32,000 bases of DNA from Corynebacterium amycolatum (GTDB lineage Bacteria > Actinomycetota > Actinomycetes > Mycobacteriales > Mycobacteriaceae), in assembly GCF_049243625.1 (NCBI RefSeq), contig NZ_CP046975.1. One strand, given 5' to 3'. Position 1 is the stretch's first letter; every line of letters starts with the position of its first letter. The position numbers and the translations under genes were made by a program. Positions 10,514-21,983 of this stretch are shown here, piece by piece. Below the pieces are notes generated by a model, which was given only the letters and a program-made list of their open reading frames with translations, searched no databases and was not told the origin of the DNA.

Positions 10514-10704
10514 AGCGTCCGGCCAATCGAGGGTATTTCTGCATTCTCCTGCGGGGATGCAGCAGGCGATCAGCTAATTGCCACTCGATTGGTTCAGGAT
10601 ACTATCCTTGAGGTTTATTGCTAGAGCTCAAATGGGGTTAATTAAACTTAAATTAGCCAGGCCCAAACCCAGCTCGTACACATGAAATGAGGATCGACAG
10701 CATC

Positions 10705-11703
10705 GTGGCATTGACGGCGAAGGTCAAAGACGAACTAGCCCGCGTGTCAGTTTCGCAGGAAAGCGCTCAGGCAGCGGAGATTGCGACCCTGTTCCGCTTC
10801 GCGGGAGGACTCCACCTGGTGGCAGGTTCGATTGTGCTGGAGGCTGAGTTGGATTCCGGCGCTGTCGCACGCCGCCTGCGCTCCATGCTGGCCGAACTCT
10901 ACGATGTCAAAGCCAGCCTCAATGTCTTGTCTCCCGGTGGGTTGCGAAAGACCTCGAAGTACATCGTGCGGGTAACCGATGGCGCGGAACTTGTCGTTAG
11001 GCAAACTGGCCTGATTGACTCTGCAGGACATCCCGTACGTGGGCTACCACGCAAGCTGATCATGGGGCAGAAGATTGATCAGGAAGCTGCATGGCGGGGT
11101 GCATTTTTGGCACATGGTTCACTGACTGAGCCTGGGCGTTCCTCAGCTTTGGAAGTCACTGCTCCTTCAGCTGAAGCGGCACTCGCATTGGTGGGATGTG
11201 CTCGTAGGCTCGGAATTACGGCTAAGAGCAAGGAAAATAAGTCCCGCAGTGGCGATCGAGTTATCATCCGGGAGGGCGATGCGATTGGTGCGCTCCTCAC
11301 GCGAATGGGAGCCCAGACTACTCGCCTGCAATGGGAAGAACAGCGAATGCGTCGTGAAGTGCGAGCTACGGCCACCCGCTTGGCAAACTTCGACGATGCC
11401 AACCTGCGGCGCTCAGCTCGTGCGGCCGTTATTGCGGCAGCACGAGTAGAACGCGCTCTAGAGATTCTCGGCGACGATGTACCAGATCACTTGGTGTCTG
11501 CAGGACAGCTGCGCATCGAGCACAAGCAGGCATCATTAGAAGAACTTGGACAGCTAGCCAATCCGCCAATGACCAAAGACGCAGTCGCAGGACGCATCCG
11601 GCGTTTGCTCTCCATGGCGGACAAAAGAGCAAACGAACTCGGAATTCCCCCCACAACTGCAGTCGTTACAGACGAACTTTTTGACAAAGAAGTTGACGAG
11701 TAA
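10705..11703 (+). CDS. whiA: Sporulation/cell-division transcriptional regulator WhiA
   Basis: Motifs [23 protein letters not shown] and [15 protein letters not shown], with the C-terminal [17 protein letters not shown]. The GTG at 10705 gives the family-typical (M)[11 protein letters not shown]-terminus. The track start at ATG 10687 is the alternative. Confidence 0.9.
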   Translation: MALTAKVKDELARVSVSQESAQAAEIATLFRFAGGLHLVAGSIVLEAELDSGAVARRLRSMLAELYDVKASLNVLSPGGLRKTSKYIVRVTDGAELVVRQTGLIDSAGHPVRGLPRKLIMGQKIDQEAAWRGAFLAHGSLTEPGRSSALEVTAPSAEAALALVGCARRLGITAKSKENKSRSGDRVIIREGDAIGALLTRMGAQTTRLQWEEQRMRREVRATATRLANFDDANLRRSARAAVIAAARVERALEILGDDVPDHLVSAGQLRIEHKQASLEELGQLANPPMTKDAVAGRIRRLLSMADKRANELGIPPTTAVVTDELFDKEVDE

Positions 11704-11847
11704 AGCACCTGTTATGCCTAGTCAGGTGCGGAAATTTGGATGAATCTCCGTTTATTTGGGATTTTTGCGCCAAAGCATCGCTGCGCGAATGAAAAACCCA
11801 ACGTACACTTCTGTAGTGAACCTGTTGGAGCGCAATCAGCGCCCTGA

Positions 11848-12891
<1,044 letters not shown>

Positions 12892-12919
12892 TAACACACC
12901 TGGTTAATCCCAGACCCCG

Positions 12920-12974
12920 AACGGGCCGGGGTGGTTGTGCCTGAGTAGGGCACGCCACCCACGGCCCGTTTTTT
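12920..12974 (+). terminator. Long imperfect hairpin with T-tail between gap and pgk (candidate intrinsic terminator/attenuator)
   Basis: aacgggccggggtggttgtgcc / tgagtag / ggcacgccacccacggcccgtt, followed by tttt. About 20 bp pair, with two bulges, by hand pairing. Confidence 0.6.
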
Positions 12975-13001
12975 ACACACTTTCACAAGGATTTCATTGA
13001 G

Positions 13002-14213
13002 ATGACTGTTAAGACTGTCAAAGACCTGATCAACGAAGGTATTGAAGGCCGTTACGTCCTCGTCCGCTCCGACTTTAACGTTCCGCTGAAGGACGGCGTA
13101 ATCACCGATCCGGGTCGAATCGATGCTTCGCTGCCCACTCTGTCCGCTCTTGTCGACGCCGGTGCCAAGGTCGTTGTTATGGCTCACCTGGGTCGCCCGA
13201 AGGGCGAGGTTAAGTCCGAGTTCTCCCTGGCCCCGGTCGCTGAGGCTCTCTCTGAGCGTCTGGAGCAGTACGTCGCGCTCGCCGGTGATGTCTCCGGTGA
13301 GGACGCGCACGAGCGCGCTAATGGTTTGACCGAGGGCGATGTACTTCTGTTGGAGAACGTCCGCTTCGATCCGCGCGAGACCTCCAAGGACGAGGCAGAG
13401 CGCGCCGAGTTCGCAGCCGAGCTGGCTGCACTTGTTCCGGACGGTGCATTTGTCTCTGACGGTTTCGGTGTTGTTCACCGCGCCCAGGCTTCCGTCTTCG
13501 ATGTCGCGAAGAAGCTGCCGCACTACGCCGGCAACCTGGTTCAGGCTGAGCTTGAGGTTCTGCGCAAGGTTGCAGAGACCCCGGAAAAGCCGTACACCGT
13601 CGTGCTCGGCGGCTCCAAGGTTTCCGACAAACTGGGTGTTATTGAGGCTCTCGCGCCGAAGGTTGACTCCCTGGTCATCGGCGGCGGCATGTGCTTCACC
13701 TTCCTGGCTGCCAAGGGCTACGCCGTTGGCGCATCCCTGCTGCAGGAAGAGATGATTGACACCTGTAAGGATTTGCTGGACCGCTACGGCGACAAGATTG
13801 TTCTGCCAACCGACGTAGTCGTGGCCGACAAGTTCGCAGCAGACACTGAAAACAAGGTTGTAGACGCCACCGAGATTCCGGAAGGCTGGATGGGCCTGGA
13901 CATCGGACCGGCTTCCGCTGAGGCATTCGGCAAGGTGCTGGCTGAGTCCAAGACTGTGTTCTGGAACGGCCCGATGGGCGTGTTCGAGATGGAGGCTTTC
14001 GCAGCTGGCACCCGCGAGGTTGCACAGGCCATCATCGATGCCACCACTAACAACGGTTGCTTCTCCGTCGTCGGTGGCGGCGACTCCGCAGCGGCAGTAC
14101 GTACCCTGGGATTGAACGAGGAAGGTTTCAGCCACATCTCCACCGGTGGTGGCGCTTCGCTGGAGTTCCTCGAGGGTAAGACTCTGCCGGGCGTCTCCGT
14201 CCTGGAAGACTAA
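13002..14213 (+). CDS. pgk: Phosphoglycerate kinase
   Basis: Motifs [26 protein letters not shown] and [14 protein letters not shown]. Confidence 0.96.
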   Translation: MTVKTVKDLINEGIEGRYVLVRSDFNVPLKDGVITDPGRIDASLPTLSALVDAGAKVVVMAHLGRPKGEVKSEFSLAPVAEALSERLEQYVALAGDVSGEDAHERANGLTEGDVLLLENVRFDPRETSKDEAERAEFAAELAALVPDGAFVSDGFGVVHRAQASVFDVAKKLPHYAGNLVQAELEVLRKVAETPEKPYTVVLGGSKVSDKLGVIEALAPKVDSLVIGGGMCFTFLAAKGYAVGASLLQEEMIDTCKDLLDRYGDKIVLPTDVVVADKFAADTENKVVDATEIPEGWMGLDIGPASAEAFGKVLAESKTVFWNGPMGVFEMEAFAAGTREVAQAIIDATTNNGCFSVVGGGDSAAAVRTLGLNEEGFSHISTGGGASLEFLEGKTLPGVSVLED

Positions 14214-14282
14214 GATTTTCCCACCACTTGGTTTTCATCGCTTAAAAATCCACTAATTGATAGGGAAGTGAATTCCACCACT

Positions 14283-15071
14283 ATGGCACGTACACCATTT
14301 ATTGCTGGTAACTGGAAGATGAACCTGAACCATCTCGAGGCTATCGGTGTGGTGCAGAAACTCGCGTTCGCTCTGCCGAAGGAGTACTACGACAAGGTTG
14401 ACGTCGCCGTCATCCCACCGTTTACCGACCTTCGTTCGGTCCAGACTTTGGTTGAGGGCGATAAGCTCGGCGTTACCTACGGTGCTCAGGATGTCTCAGT
14501 CCACGAGTCCGGCGCTTACACTGGCGAGATTTCCTCCTCGATGCTGGCAAAGCTCGGCTGTACCTGGGTCGTCGTCGGTCACTCCGAGCGTCGCGATATG
14601 CACGCAGAAGACGATGAGCTGGTCGCAAAGAAGGCTAAGGCAGCACTGCGCGAGGGTATGAACCCAATCGTCTGTGTCGGCGAGCCACTGGAGGTCCGTG
14701 AAGCCGAAGAGCACGTTGAGTACGTTGTCTCTCAGGTCAAGGGCTCCCTGGCTAACCTGACCAACGCTGAGCTGGCCAAGACCGTCATCGCTTACGAGCC
14801 GGTCTGGGCTATCGGCACCGGTAAGGTCGCATCGGCTGCAGACGCGCAGGAAGTCTGTGCAGCTATCCGTGAGACCATCGCTGAAATTGCGGATGAGACT
14901 ATCGCCAAGGAAATGCGTATTCTCTACGGTGGCTCCGTCAAGGCCGAGAACGTCGCTGAGATCGTCGGCAAGCCCGACGTCGACGGTGGCCTCGTCGGTG
15001 GTGCTTCGCTCGACGGTGAGGCATTCGCCAAGCTCTGTGCACTTGCTGCAGATGCTGCTCAGAACGCCTAA
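14283..15071 (+). CDS. tpiA: Triosephosphate isomerase
   Basis: Motifs [28 protein letters not shown] and YGGSV. The ATG at 14283 gives the [15 protein letters not shown]-terminus. The track start at GTG 14268 is the alternative. Confidence 0.94.
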   Translation: MARTPFIAGNWKMNLNHLEAIGVVQKLAFALPKEYYDKVDVAVIPPFTDLRSVQTLVEGDKLGVTYGAQDVSVHESGAYTGEISSSMLAKLGCTWVVVGHSERRDMHAEDDELVAKKAKAALREGMNPIVCVGEPLEVREAEEHVEYVVSQVKGSLANLTNAELAKTVIAYEPVWAIGTGKVASAADAQEVCAAIRETIAEIADETIAKEMRILYGGSVKAENVAEIVGKPDVDGGLVGGASLDGEAFAKLCALAADAAQNA

Positions 15072-15117
15072 CTACATATAAAATCAGATCAACTGATAAG
15101 ATAGGCGCCATGCGCGA

Positions 15118-15159
15118 CCCCGGATTGGTTTTATTGATTCTCATAAAACCGATTCGGGG
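15118..15159 (+). other. Hairpin in the tpiA-ppc spacer (weak terminator-like structure without a clean T-tail)
   Basis: ccccggattggttttat / tgattctc / ataaaaccgattcgggg. Pairing needs two G:U pairs. It is followed by ttattgccttt. Confidence 0.35.
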
Positions 15160-15273
15160 TTATTGCCTTTAGGCGGACTCAACCCAGACACACCGAATGG
15201 CAATAATTCAGCGCAATACATTTCCCGAGGCTTTCCACTTTGAATGCCCGGCAATTTTAAAAGGACGTGCTCA

Positions 15274-18102
15274 ATGAACGAACAAGTACATCGTGACGCT
15301 GACCGAAACACTGCAAGCAATGAGCAATCCTCATCGACCGCTACCGCGAAGCAGCAGGACTTGCTCTGGGAGGATATTCGCCACCTGGGTCGAATTCTCG
15401 GACAGGTAATCCGCGAGCAAGAGGGTGACGAGGTCTTTAACCTGGTCGAAAATGCTCGCCGCGCAGCCTTCGAACTCCATCGTGGCGATGGCGATATCGA
15501 GAAACTCGCCGGCCTCTTCCGTGACATAGACCCGGCCGAGGCAAGCCCGGTCATCCGTGCTTTCACGCACTTCGCACTTTTGGCTAACCTCGCTGAGGAT
15601 CTGCACGAAGAACTAGGCATCGAGGCCTCTCTCGATGCTGGCGATCCGCCGCAGGACTCCACGCTGGAGGCAACATGGCAGAAGCTTCGCGACGCCAAGG
15701 TTTCTGGCAGCGCTATTGCGGACATGATGGACCACATTGAGGTCGTCCCTGTTCTGACCGCACATCCAACGGAAACTCGTCGTCGTACAGTGTTCGATGT
15801 GCAGAAGCACATCACGGCCGCAATGCGGCGCCGCCACGAGATCCAGGCAGCCCCGCTGAATGCACGCACCGCGGACCGACTCGCTGAGATTGATGCCGAT
15901 ATCCGCCGCCGTATTCTGACGCTGTGGCAGACGGCTCTGATTCGCATGAACCGCCCGGATATTCGCGATGAGGTCGAGGTTGGTCTTCGCTACTACCAGC
16001 TTTCTCTGCTGGAAGCTGTGCCACAGATTAACCGGGACGTCGTCAAGCACTTGCGTCAGCTCGGCGGCGACAAGCTGCAGGCTAATCCAACGATTCGTAT
16101 GGGCTCGTGGATTGGCGGTGATCACGATGGCAACCCATACGTGACGGAGGAGACGCTGCGCTACGCCTCCGATCGAGCAGCGGGCACCATCCTGCGTCAC
16201 TATTTCTCGCAGCTGCACCTGCTGGAGCGCGAACTCAGTCTCAGCGACCGCCTGACTAAGGTCACCGTCGATCTGGTCGCCTTGGCCAGCCGGGGCCACA
16301 ATGACGTACTAAACCGTGAAGATGAGCCGTACCGTCGTGCGGTTCACGGTATCCGCGGTCGCGTGGCGGCAACAGCGGTGAACTTCTTCGATGAGTCCAT
16401 CATCGAGGGCGACTGGTCGGAGTTCACTCCGTATGACAGCGCCGAGGACTTGCTTGAAGAGCTCTCGATTATCGACGACTCACTGCGTTCCAGCCACGAT
16501 GATCTCATCGCCGATCACCGTCTGCGCGATCTGATGGATGCAGTTGAGGTATTTGGTTTCCACCTGTACTCGATTGATATCCGTCAGAATTCGGACTCTC
16601 ACGAGGAAATTCTCACCGAGCTATTTTCCGCTGCTGGTGTGGTGGACAATTACGCGGGATTGAAGGAAGCTGACAAGGTCGAGCTGCTGACCAAGGAACT
16701 GCAGTCCTCCCGTCCGCTGGTTTCGACTTCCGCAGATCTTTCTGAAGCCACGGCCCGCGAGCTGGGCATTATGCGTGCGGCATCTCGTGCGGTGCGCAAG
16801 TACGGTCGCGACGCGGTACCGCACTGCATCATTTCGATGTGTACATCGGTTTCCGACCTGCTGGAGCCGATGATTCTGCTTAAGGAGGTCGGTCTGATTC
16901 GTCCGAATGGATCCCAGCCGACCGGTTCTGTAGACGTCATCCCGCTGTTTGAAACCATCGAAGACCTGCAGGCTGGCGCCGACGTGCTGCGTGCTGCGTG
17001 GGACATTCCGGTCTACCGCGCATACGTCTCTGCGCGCGGAGATCTGCAGGAAGTCATGCTCGGCTACTCCGACTCGAACAAGGACGGCGGATACTTCGCT
17101 GCAAACTGGGCGCTTTACGACGCGGAGGTCGCCATCGTGGCAGCCGCGAAGGACAACGACATTCGCCTGCGTCTCTTCCACGGCCGCGGAGGTACTGTCG
17201 GCCGTGGTGGCGGACCGTCCTACGAGGCAATCTTGGCGCAGCCTTCCGGCGCAGTCCAGGGTTCGGTGCGTGTCACCGAGCAGGGCGAGATTATCTCTGC
17301 GAAGTACGGTCACCCTGCGGCGGCGCGCAGGAACCTCGCCGCGCTGGTTTCGGCAACTATCGAGTCGACTCTGCTCGATGTCGATGACCTGAAGAACCCA
17401 GCTCGCGCCCATGAGATCATGTCGGAGATTTCCGACCTGTCTCGTGAGGCCTACTCGAAGCTCATGCACGAGGACCCGGGCTTTATCGACTTCTTCACGT
17501 CGTCGACTCCGGTCGATGAGATTGGTAGCCTCAACATCGGTTCGCGTCCGACCTCACGCAAGCAGACTCAGACCATCTCTGATTTGCGCGCAATTCCATG
17601 GGTACTGTCCTGGTCGCAGCAGCGTTCTATGGTGCCGGGCTGGTTCGGTGTCGGCTCTGCACTGCAGGAGTGGATTGGTGAGGACGAGGACGGTTCCCGC
17701 CTAGCCGAACTCCGTCAGCTCAACGAGGACTGGCCGTTCTTCAACTCGGTGCTGTCGAACATGGCGCAGGTGATGTCCAAGGCTGACCTGAACCTGGCGC
17801 GCGCCTACGCTAGCCTGTGCGAAAATAAGGCCGACGGTGAGCGCATCTACAGCATCATCAAGGCTGAGTTCGACCTGACGCTGAAGATGTTCCTGAAGGT
17901 AACCGGGTACAAGGACCTTCTTGAAGACAATCCGCTGCTCAGGCGCTCGGTGGACATGCGCTTCCCATACCTCATGCCGCTGAACATCATCCAGCTGGAG
18001 ATGCTGCGTCGCTACCGTGCTGGCGATAACCGCGACAAGGTGCGTCGGGGCATTCAGCTGACCATGAACGGTCTGGCAACTGCACTGCGCAACTCCGGTT
18101 AG
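15274..18102 (+). CDS. ppc: Phosphoenolpyruvate carboxylase
   Basis: Motifs VLTAHPTETRRRT, GYSDSNKDGG and FHGRGGTVGRGGGP, with the C-terminal QLTMNGLATALRNSG. The ATG at 15274 follows AAAGGA. The track start at 15244 is less likely. The N-terminal ~25 aa are low-complexity, so the start is moderately uncertain. Confidence 0.93.
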   Translation: MNEQVHRDADRNTASNEQSSSTATAKQQDLLWEDIRHLGRILGQVIREQEGDEVFNLVENARRAAFELHRGDGDIEKLAGLFRDIDPAEASPVIRAFTHFALLANLAEDLHEELGIEASLDAGDPPQDSTLEATWQKLRDAKVSGSAIADMMDHIEVVPVLTAHPTETRRRTVFDVQKHITAAMRRRHEIQAAPLNARTADRLAEIDADIRRRILTLWQTALIRMNRPDIRDEVEVGLRYYQLSLLEAVPQINRDVVKHLRQLGGDKLQANPTIRMGSWIGGDHDGNPYVTEETLRYASDRAAGTILRHYFSQLHLLERELSLSDRLTKVTVDLVALASRGHNDVLNREDEPYRRAVHGIRGRVAATAVNFFDESIIEGDWSEFTPYDSAEDLLEELSIIDDSLRSSHDDLIADHRLRDLMDAVEVFGFHLYSIDIRQNSDSHEEILTELFSAAGVVDNYAGLKEADKVELLTKELQSSRPLVSTSADLSEATARELGIMRAASRAVRKYGRDAVPHCIISMCTSVSDLLEPMILLKEVGLIRPNGSQPTGSVDVIPLFETIEDLQAGADVLRAAWDIPVYRAYVSARGDLQEVMLGYSDSNKDGGYFAANWALYDAEVAIVAAAKDNDIRLRLFHGRGGTVGRGGGPSYEAILAQPSGAVQGSVRVTEQGEIISAKYGHPAAARRNLAALVSATIESTLLDVDDLKNPARAHEIMSEISDLSREAYSKLMHEDPGFIDFFTSSTPVDEIGSLNIGSRPTSRKQTQTISDLRAIPWVLSWSQQRSMVPGWFGVGSALQEWIGEDEDGSRLAELRQLNEDWPFFNSVLSNMAQVMSKADLNLARAYASLCENKADGERIYSIIKAEFDLTLKMFLKVTGYKDLLEDNPLLRRSVDMRFPYLMPLNIIQLEMLRRYRAGDNRDKVRRGIQLTMNGLATALRNSG

Positions 18103-18193
18103 AAAAGGCGGCTGGGGAATACCTAGCCAGCGGAGCAATTGCGCTAGTATAGTTGGAGTTCTTAAAGAAGCGACGTTTCAAAAGGAAGTGCGC

Positions 18194-18430
18194 GTGTACC
18201 TCGCCATTCAGATTGTCCTGGTCATCACATCCATCCTGATGACGCTGTTCATCCTGCTCCACAAGGGTAAGGGTGGCGGACTGTCCAGCCTCTTTGGTGG
18301 CGGTATGCAGTCGAATCTGTCCGGTTCGACTGTGGTGGAGAAGAACCTTGACCGCGTCACTATTGTGACCATGATTATCTGGTTGCTCTGCATTGTCCTG
18401 TTGCTGCTGTTCAATACCTTCGGCTGGTAG
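18194..18430 (+). CDS. secG: Preprotein translocase subunit SecG
   Basis: Motif LLHKGKGGGLSSLFGGG between two TM helices. The GTG at 18194 lies 7 nt after AAGGA. The GTG at 18188 (track) has no spacing to the SD. Confidence 0.9.
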   Translation: MYLAIQIVLVITSILMTLFILLHKGKGGGLSSLFGGGMQSNLSGSTVVEKNLDRVTIVTMIIWLLCIVLLLLFNTFGW

Positions 18431-18471
18431 GTTCCGCACGCAGCACGCCCCACCGAAGGCCTTTAAGTAAT

Positions 18472-18520
18472 AAAAATTCCCGTCGATAGCATTTCGCTTA
18501 TCGACGGGAATTTGTTGTTT
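18472..18520. terminator. Bidirectional intrinsic terminator between convergent secG and pgl
   Basis: aaaaa + attcccgtcgata / gcatttcgct / tatcgacgggaat + ttgttgttt. Perfect 13-bp stem flanked by an A-run and a T-rich run. Confidence 0.8.
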
Positions 18521-18547
18521 CTTGGCTGTTAACGGTGAAGCGGAAGC

Positions 18548-19315
18548 CTAAAGCTGTGCAGCCGCAGCATCGTCAACAAAGACAATGGTTTCCTGGACAC
18601 CGCGAACTCCGGCCGCTGGCCACTGCGCTGGGTCGTCCTGCTGAGCGATAGCTGCAATTGCCTCGGCCTTTTCACCACCGGCTACCAGTAGCCACACACG
18701 CTGCGAACTGGCAATGGCCGGCATAGTCAGCGTGATGCGGGTCGGTGGTGGCTTCGGGCAGTTATGCACGTCCACGACCAAGCGTTCCTGCTCAGCGAGC
18801 GCTGCGGTATGCGGGAAGATCGAGTTGATGTGTCCCTCTCCGCCCATACCAAGAAGGTGCAGGTCAAAGCCGTTTGGAGCCTTCTGGCGAACGATAGCTT
18901 CGTAGCTTTCGGCGGCCTCCGTGGTGGTCACGCCGCTGTCGGCAGCAGCAAACTCGAAGATGTTGTCCTCCGGCACGCCGACAGGGGACAAGAGACGCTC
19001 ACGAGCAGCCAGCGCATTGCGGTCTACCGAGTCGGCAGCGACAAAGCGTTCATCTCCGAAAAACACCAGGACTCGGTTCCAGTCGATGTCTCCAGAATCG
19101 TCGGCAAGCGCACTGAGCAAAGCGGTACCCGCGCCGCCACCAGTGAGAACGACGCGTACAAAACCGTCATCGGTGACCGGAGAGACGTTGCCATTCTGGA
19201 CGGCGACAACCGCATCGATGAAGCTTTGACGTGCAGCCTCGACGATGCCGGCCTGGTCGGCGGCGCGGTGGAACTGAGGGGCGGGGACGGTATTCAAGAC
19301 GTTATCGGTTGTCAC
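18548..19315 (-). CDS. pgl: 6-phosphogluconolactonase
   Basis: Motifs LTGGGAG, FFGDERF and LLGMGGEGHINSIFP. The GTG start overlaps the opcA stop (GTGA). Confidence 0.92.
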   Translation of the reverse strand: MTTDNVLNTVPAPQFHRAADQAGIVEAARQSFIDAVVAVQNGNVSPVTDDGFVRVVLTGGGAGTALLSALADDSGDIDWNRVLVFFGDERFVAADSVDRNALAARERLLSPVGVPEDNIFEFAAADSGVTTTEAAESYEAIVRQKAPNGFDLHLLGMGGEGHINSIFPHTAALAEQERLVVDVHNCPKPPPTRITLTMPAIASSQRVWLLVAGGEKAEAIAAIAQQDDPAQWPAAGVRGVQETIVFVDDAAAAQL

Positions 19316-20328
19316 TTGTCAGAGACTCCTGGTTCGTTCGCGAAGCTGGTGATCGTGGACGTTGGGGTCTGCATGCCTACGGTGTGAATCTGGCTGAGAC
19401 CACGCAGGGCACGTCCGTAGGCAGTATCGTGGTCGAGGTGACGCAGCTCCTCTGCCAAGCACTCGGAGCGTGTAGGACGCGACAATGCGACCTTGAACGG
19501 GGGCTTTTCTCCGTTGGTGACCGATGCAGTGGTAGCGCTTTCAATATCGATGCGCAGGGTCTGGCCATTTTCACGCTCAAACGCGACCGAGGTCACCGGT
19601 GGCTTGGCGCGGCCCTTTTCGTCCACCGGAATCTTCTTCTCCCCGGTGGAGTAGCGGTTGACCGGCAGCCCCAGGCGATCTGCCAACCAGCCGGCGGCGA
19701 CCTCCACCGATGGCGACTCCTGTGGACCGTAGATAGACACGGAGGTCACTGGCGAGTGCGGCGGCAAGTCGAAAGCCGAGGCCAACACACCGCGCCAGTT
19801 CGTCAGTCGCGACCAGCTCAGGTCGGAATCGCCAGGCGTGTAGCCCGTACGGCGCGTGTAGATAGCGTTACTATTCGGGTCACACAACGAATCGGTGATA
19901 CGGCGCTGGGCAATCCTGCCGATTGGTGTCGCCGCTGGGACTTGAGGCGCCTCAGACGGCCACCACGCCACGACCGGCGTATCGGGCAGCAACAGGGGAG
20001 TCACCACAGAGCTGTGGTGCTGACCAATCTCACCGGACATGTGCATAACCACGATCTCAGCAGCACCGGCATCTCCACCGACGCGGAGTTCCGCGTCGAG
20101 GCGATTATCCAGGCGTGGATCATCGGAGACCAATACCAGCACACGGGATGGGTGCTCGCGGGAAACGGAGTTGACCGTGGAAATAATGTTTTCCAGGTCG
20201 TCTTCGCTTTTGGCCAAAACGATCAGGGTAAGGACACGGCCCGTGGTAACGATGCCGCCCTGCTCTCGAAGCTGCACCAACTGACGAGCAATGCTCGCGG
20301 TGTCAGTGTCTGGCAAATTGACAATCAT
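19312..20328 (-). CDS. opcA: Glucose-6-phosphate dehydrogenase assembly protein OpcA
   Basis: 338-aa ORF at the conserved position between zwf and pgl. Its N-terminus (IVNLPDTDTASIARQLVQLREQGG) is OpcA-like, and it is coupled to pgl by a 4-nt overlap. Confidence 0.88.
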   Translation of the reverse strand: MIVNLPDTDTASIARQLVQLREQGGIVTTGRVLTLIVLAKSEDDLENIISTVNSVSREHPSRVLVLVSDDPRLDNRLDAELRVGGDAGAAEIVVMHMSGEIGQHHSSVVTPLLLPDTPVVAWWPSEAPQVPAATPIGRIAQRRITDSLCDPNSNAIYTRRTGYTPGDSDLSWSRLTNWRGVLASAFDLPPHSPVTSVSIYGPQESPSVEVAAGWLADRLGLPVNRYSTGEKKIPVDEKGRAKPPVTSVAFERENGQTLRIDIESATTASVTNGEKPPFKVALSRPTRSECLAEELRHLDHDTAYGRALRGLSQIHTVGMQTPTSTITSFANEPGVSDK

Positions 20329-20378
20329 GAAAGTGTTCTTTCTGTCAGAAAATTCTTAAGAACTGAGAGGTCGGCAAC

Positions 20379-21983
20379 CTATGGCCGTCGCCAAGCGCGA
20401 CCGTCGCGCTCAAGCATGTGGTCAGCGGAGGACGGCCCCCACGAACCTGCGGGGTAGCCCTCGGGACGGCCGCGTTTGGCCCAGTACTCGATGATGGGGT
20501 CAAGAATCTTCCAGGACAGCTCGACTTCCTCATTAGTGGGGAAGAGGCTGGCCTCGTCGAGAAGCGCATCCAGAATCAGGCGCTCGTAGGCCTCTGGCGA
20601 CTGCTCGGTAAACACCTCGGAGTAGGAGAAGTCCATGTTGACATCGCGCACCTCCATGGCCGAGCCCGGAACCTTCGAGCCGAAGCGCATGAGCACGCCC
20701 TCGTCAGGCTGGACTCGAATCACCATGGCGTTCTGACCGAGAGCGGCAGTCATTGTCTCCGCAAAAGGCAAGTGCGGTGCGGACTTAAAGACCAGCGCAA
20801 TTTCAGTGACGCGACGGCCGAGGCGCTTGCCGGTGCGCAGGTAGAAGGGGACACCGGCCCAACGACGAGAATTGATCTGGAGCGTACAAGCGGCGTAGGT
20901 CTCGGTCGTGGACTCGGGGTCGAATCCTTCCTCATCGCGCAGCCCTGGCACAAAGTTGCTGCCCTGCCAATCCGCGGTGTACTGGCCACGTGCGGTGTAT
21001 TTCGAAAACGGACGCACTGGCTCGACGGCACGCAGAACCTTAATTTTTTCCGCCTGCAGCTCTTCCGGGGTAAAGGCGATGGGCTCTTCCATTGCCACCA
21101 GTGCCAGCAGCTGGAGTAGGTGGTTCTGAATTACGTCACGAGCTGCACCGATACCGTCATAGTAACCGGCGCGACCACCCAAACCGATGTCCTCGGCCAT
21201 GGTGATCTGAACGTGGTCAATGTAGTGAGAATTCCACATCGGATCGAACAACTGGTTGGCAAAACGCATGGCCAGAATGTTCTGGACGGTTTCTTTGCCC
21301 AGGTAGTGGTCAATGCGGAACACAGCGTCTTCTGGGAACACCGAGTTCACAATCCGGTTGAGTTCCTGGGCCGAAGCCAGGTCGTGGCCGAATGGCTTCT
21401 CAATAATCACGCGACGCCAATAATCCTCGCCCGACTGCGCGAGCCCCGAACGATCGAGCTGATGACAGACATCGGGGAAGTTAGCTGGCGGAATGGACAG
21501 GTAGTAGGCCCAGTTGCCAGCGGTGCCGCGGGAGCGATCGAGCTCCTCAAGTTGCGCGGCCAGGCGATCGAAGGCCTCGTCATCGGTGAAGGTACCGGTA
21601 ACAAAGTGAATGCCCTCAGCCAGGCGCTGCCAGACACTCTCACGGAAGTCTGTGCGGGCGCCCTGTTCCACTGCGGTACGCACATAATCCTCAAAGTCCT
21701 GCTTCGACCATTCGCGACGACCGTAGCCAACTAACGCGAAGGAGGCAGGTAGCAGACCGCGGTTGGCCAGGTCATAAATGGCAGGCAGGAGCTTTTTTCG
21801 GGCCAGATCGCCCGTCACTCCGAAAATTACCATGCCACCCGGCCCCGCAATACGCGGCAAGCGCTTATCCTGCGGGTCGCGCAGCGGGTTGACGTATCCG
21901 TCGTGGTTGGTGCTGCCATCTCCGTTGTGCGGAGAACTGGCAGTAGGGGAGTTCGGATCGTTGCGTTGCAGAGAATCACTCAC
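20379..21983 (-). CDS. zwf: Glucose-6-phosphate 1-dehydrogenase
   Basis: Motifs FGVTGDLARKKL, IEKPFG and RIDHYLGKE. Near-colinear with the C. glutamicum Zwf sequence as I recall it, down to the C-terminal WRRP. GTG start with no obvious SD, so the start is somewhat uncertain. Confidence 0.95.
   Translation of the reverse strand: MSDSLQRNDPNSPTASSPHNGDGSTNHDGYVNPLRDPQDKRLPRIAGPGGMVIFGVTGDLARKKLLPAIYDLANRGLLPASFALVGYGRREWSKQDFEDYVRTAVEQGARTDFRESVWQRLAEGIHFVTGTFTDDEAFDRLAAQLEELDRSRGTAGNWAYYLSIPPANFPDVCHQLDRSGLAQSGEDYWRRVIIEKPFGHDLASAQELNRIVNSVFPEDAVFRIDHYLGKETVQNILAMRFANQLFDPMWNSHYIDHVQITMAEDIGLGGRAGYYDGIGAARDVIQNHLLQLLALVAMEEPIAFTPEELQAEKIKVLRAVEPVRPFSKYTARGQYTADWQGSNFVPGLRDEEGFDPESTTETYAACTLQINSRRWAGVPFYLRTGKRLGRRVTEIALVFKSAPHLPFAETMTAALGQNAMVIRVQPDEGVLMRFGSKVPGSAMEVRDVNMDFSYSEVFTEQSPEAYERLILDALLDEASLFPTNEEVELSWKILDPIIEYWAKRGRPEGYPAGSWGPSSADHMLERDGRAWRRP

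Noticed and set aside
20329-20378. Palindromic ttcttaagaa and gttctt...aagaac repeats in the 50-nt zwf-opcA spacer.
   Set aside because: Very short AT-rich palindromes within an intercistronic spacer. Nothing distinguishes them from chance or a simple ribosome-standby region.
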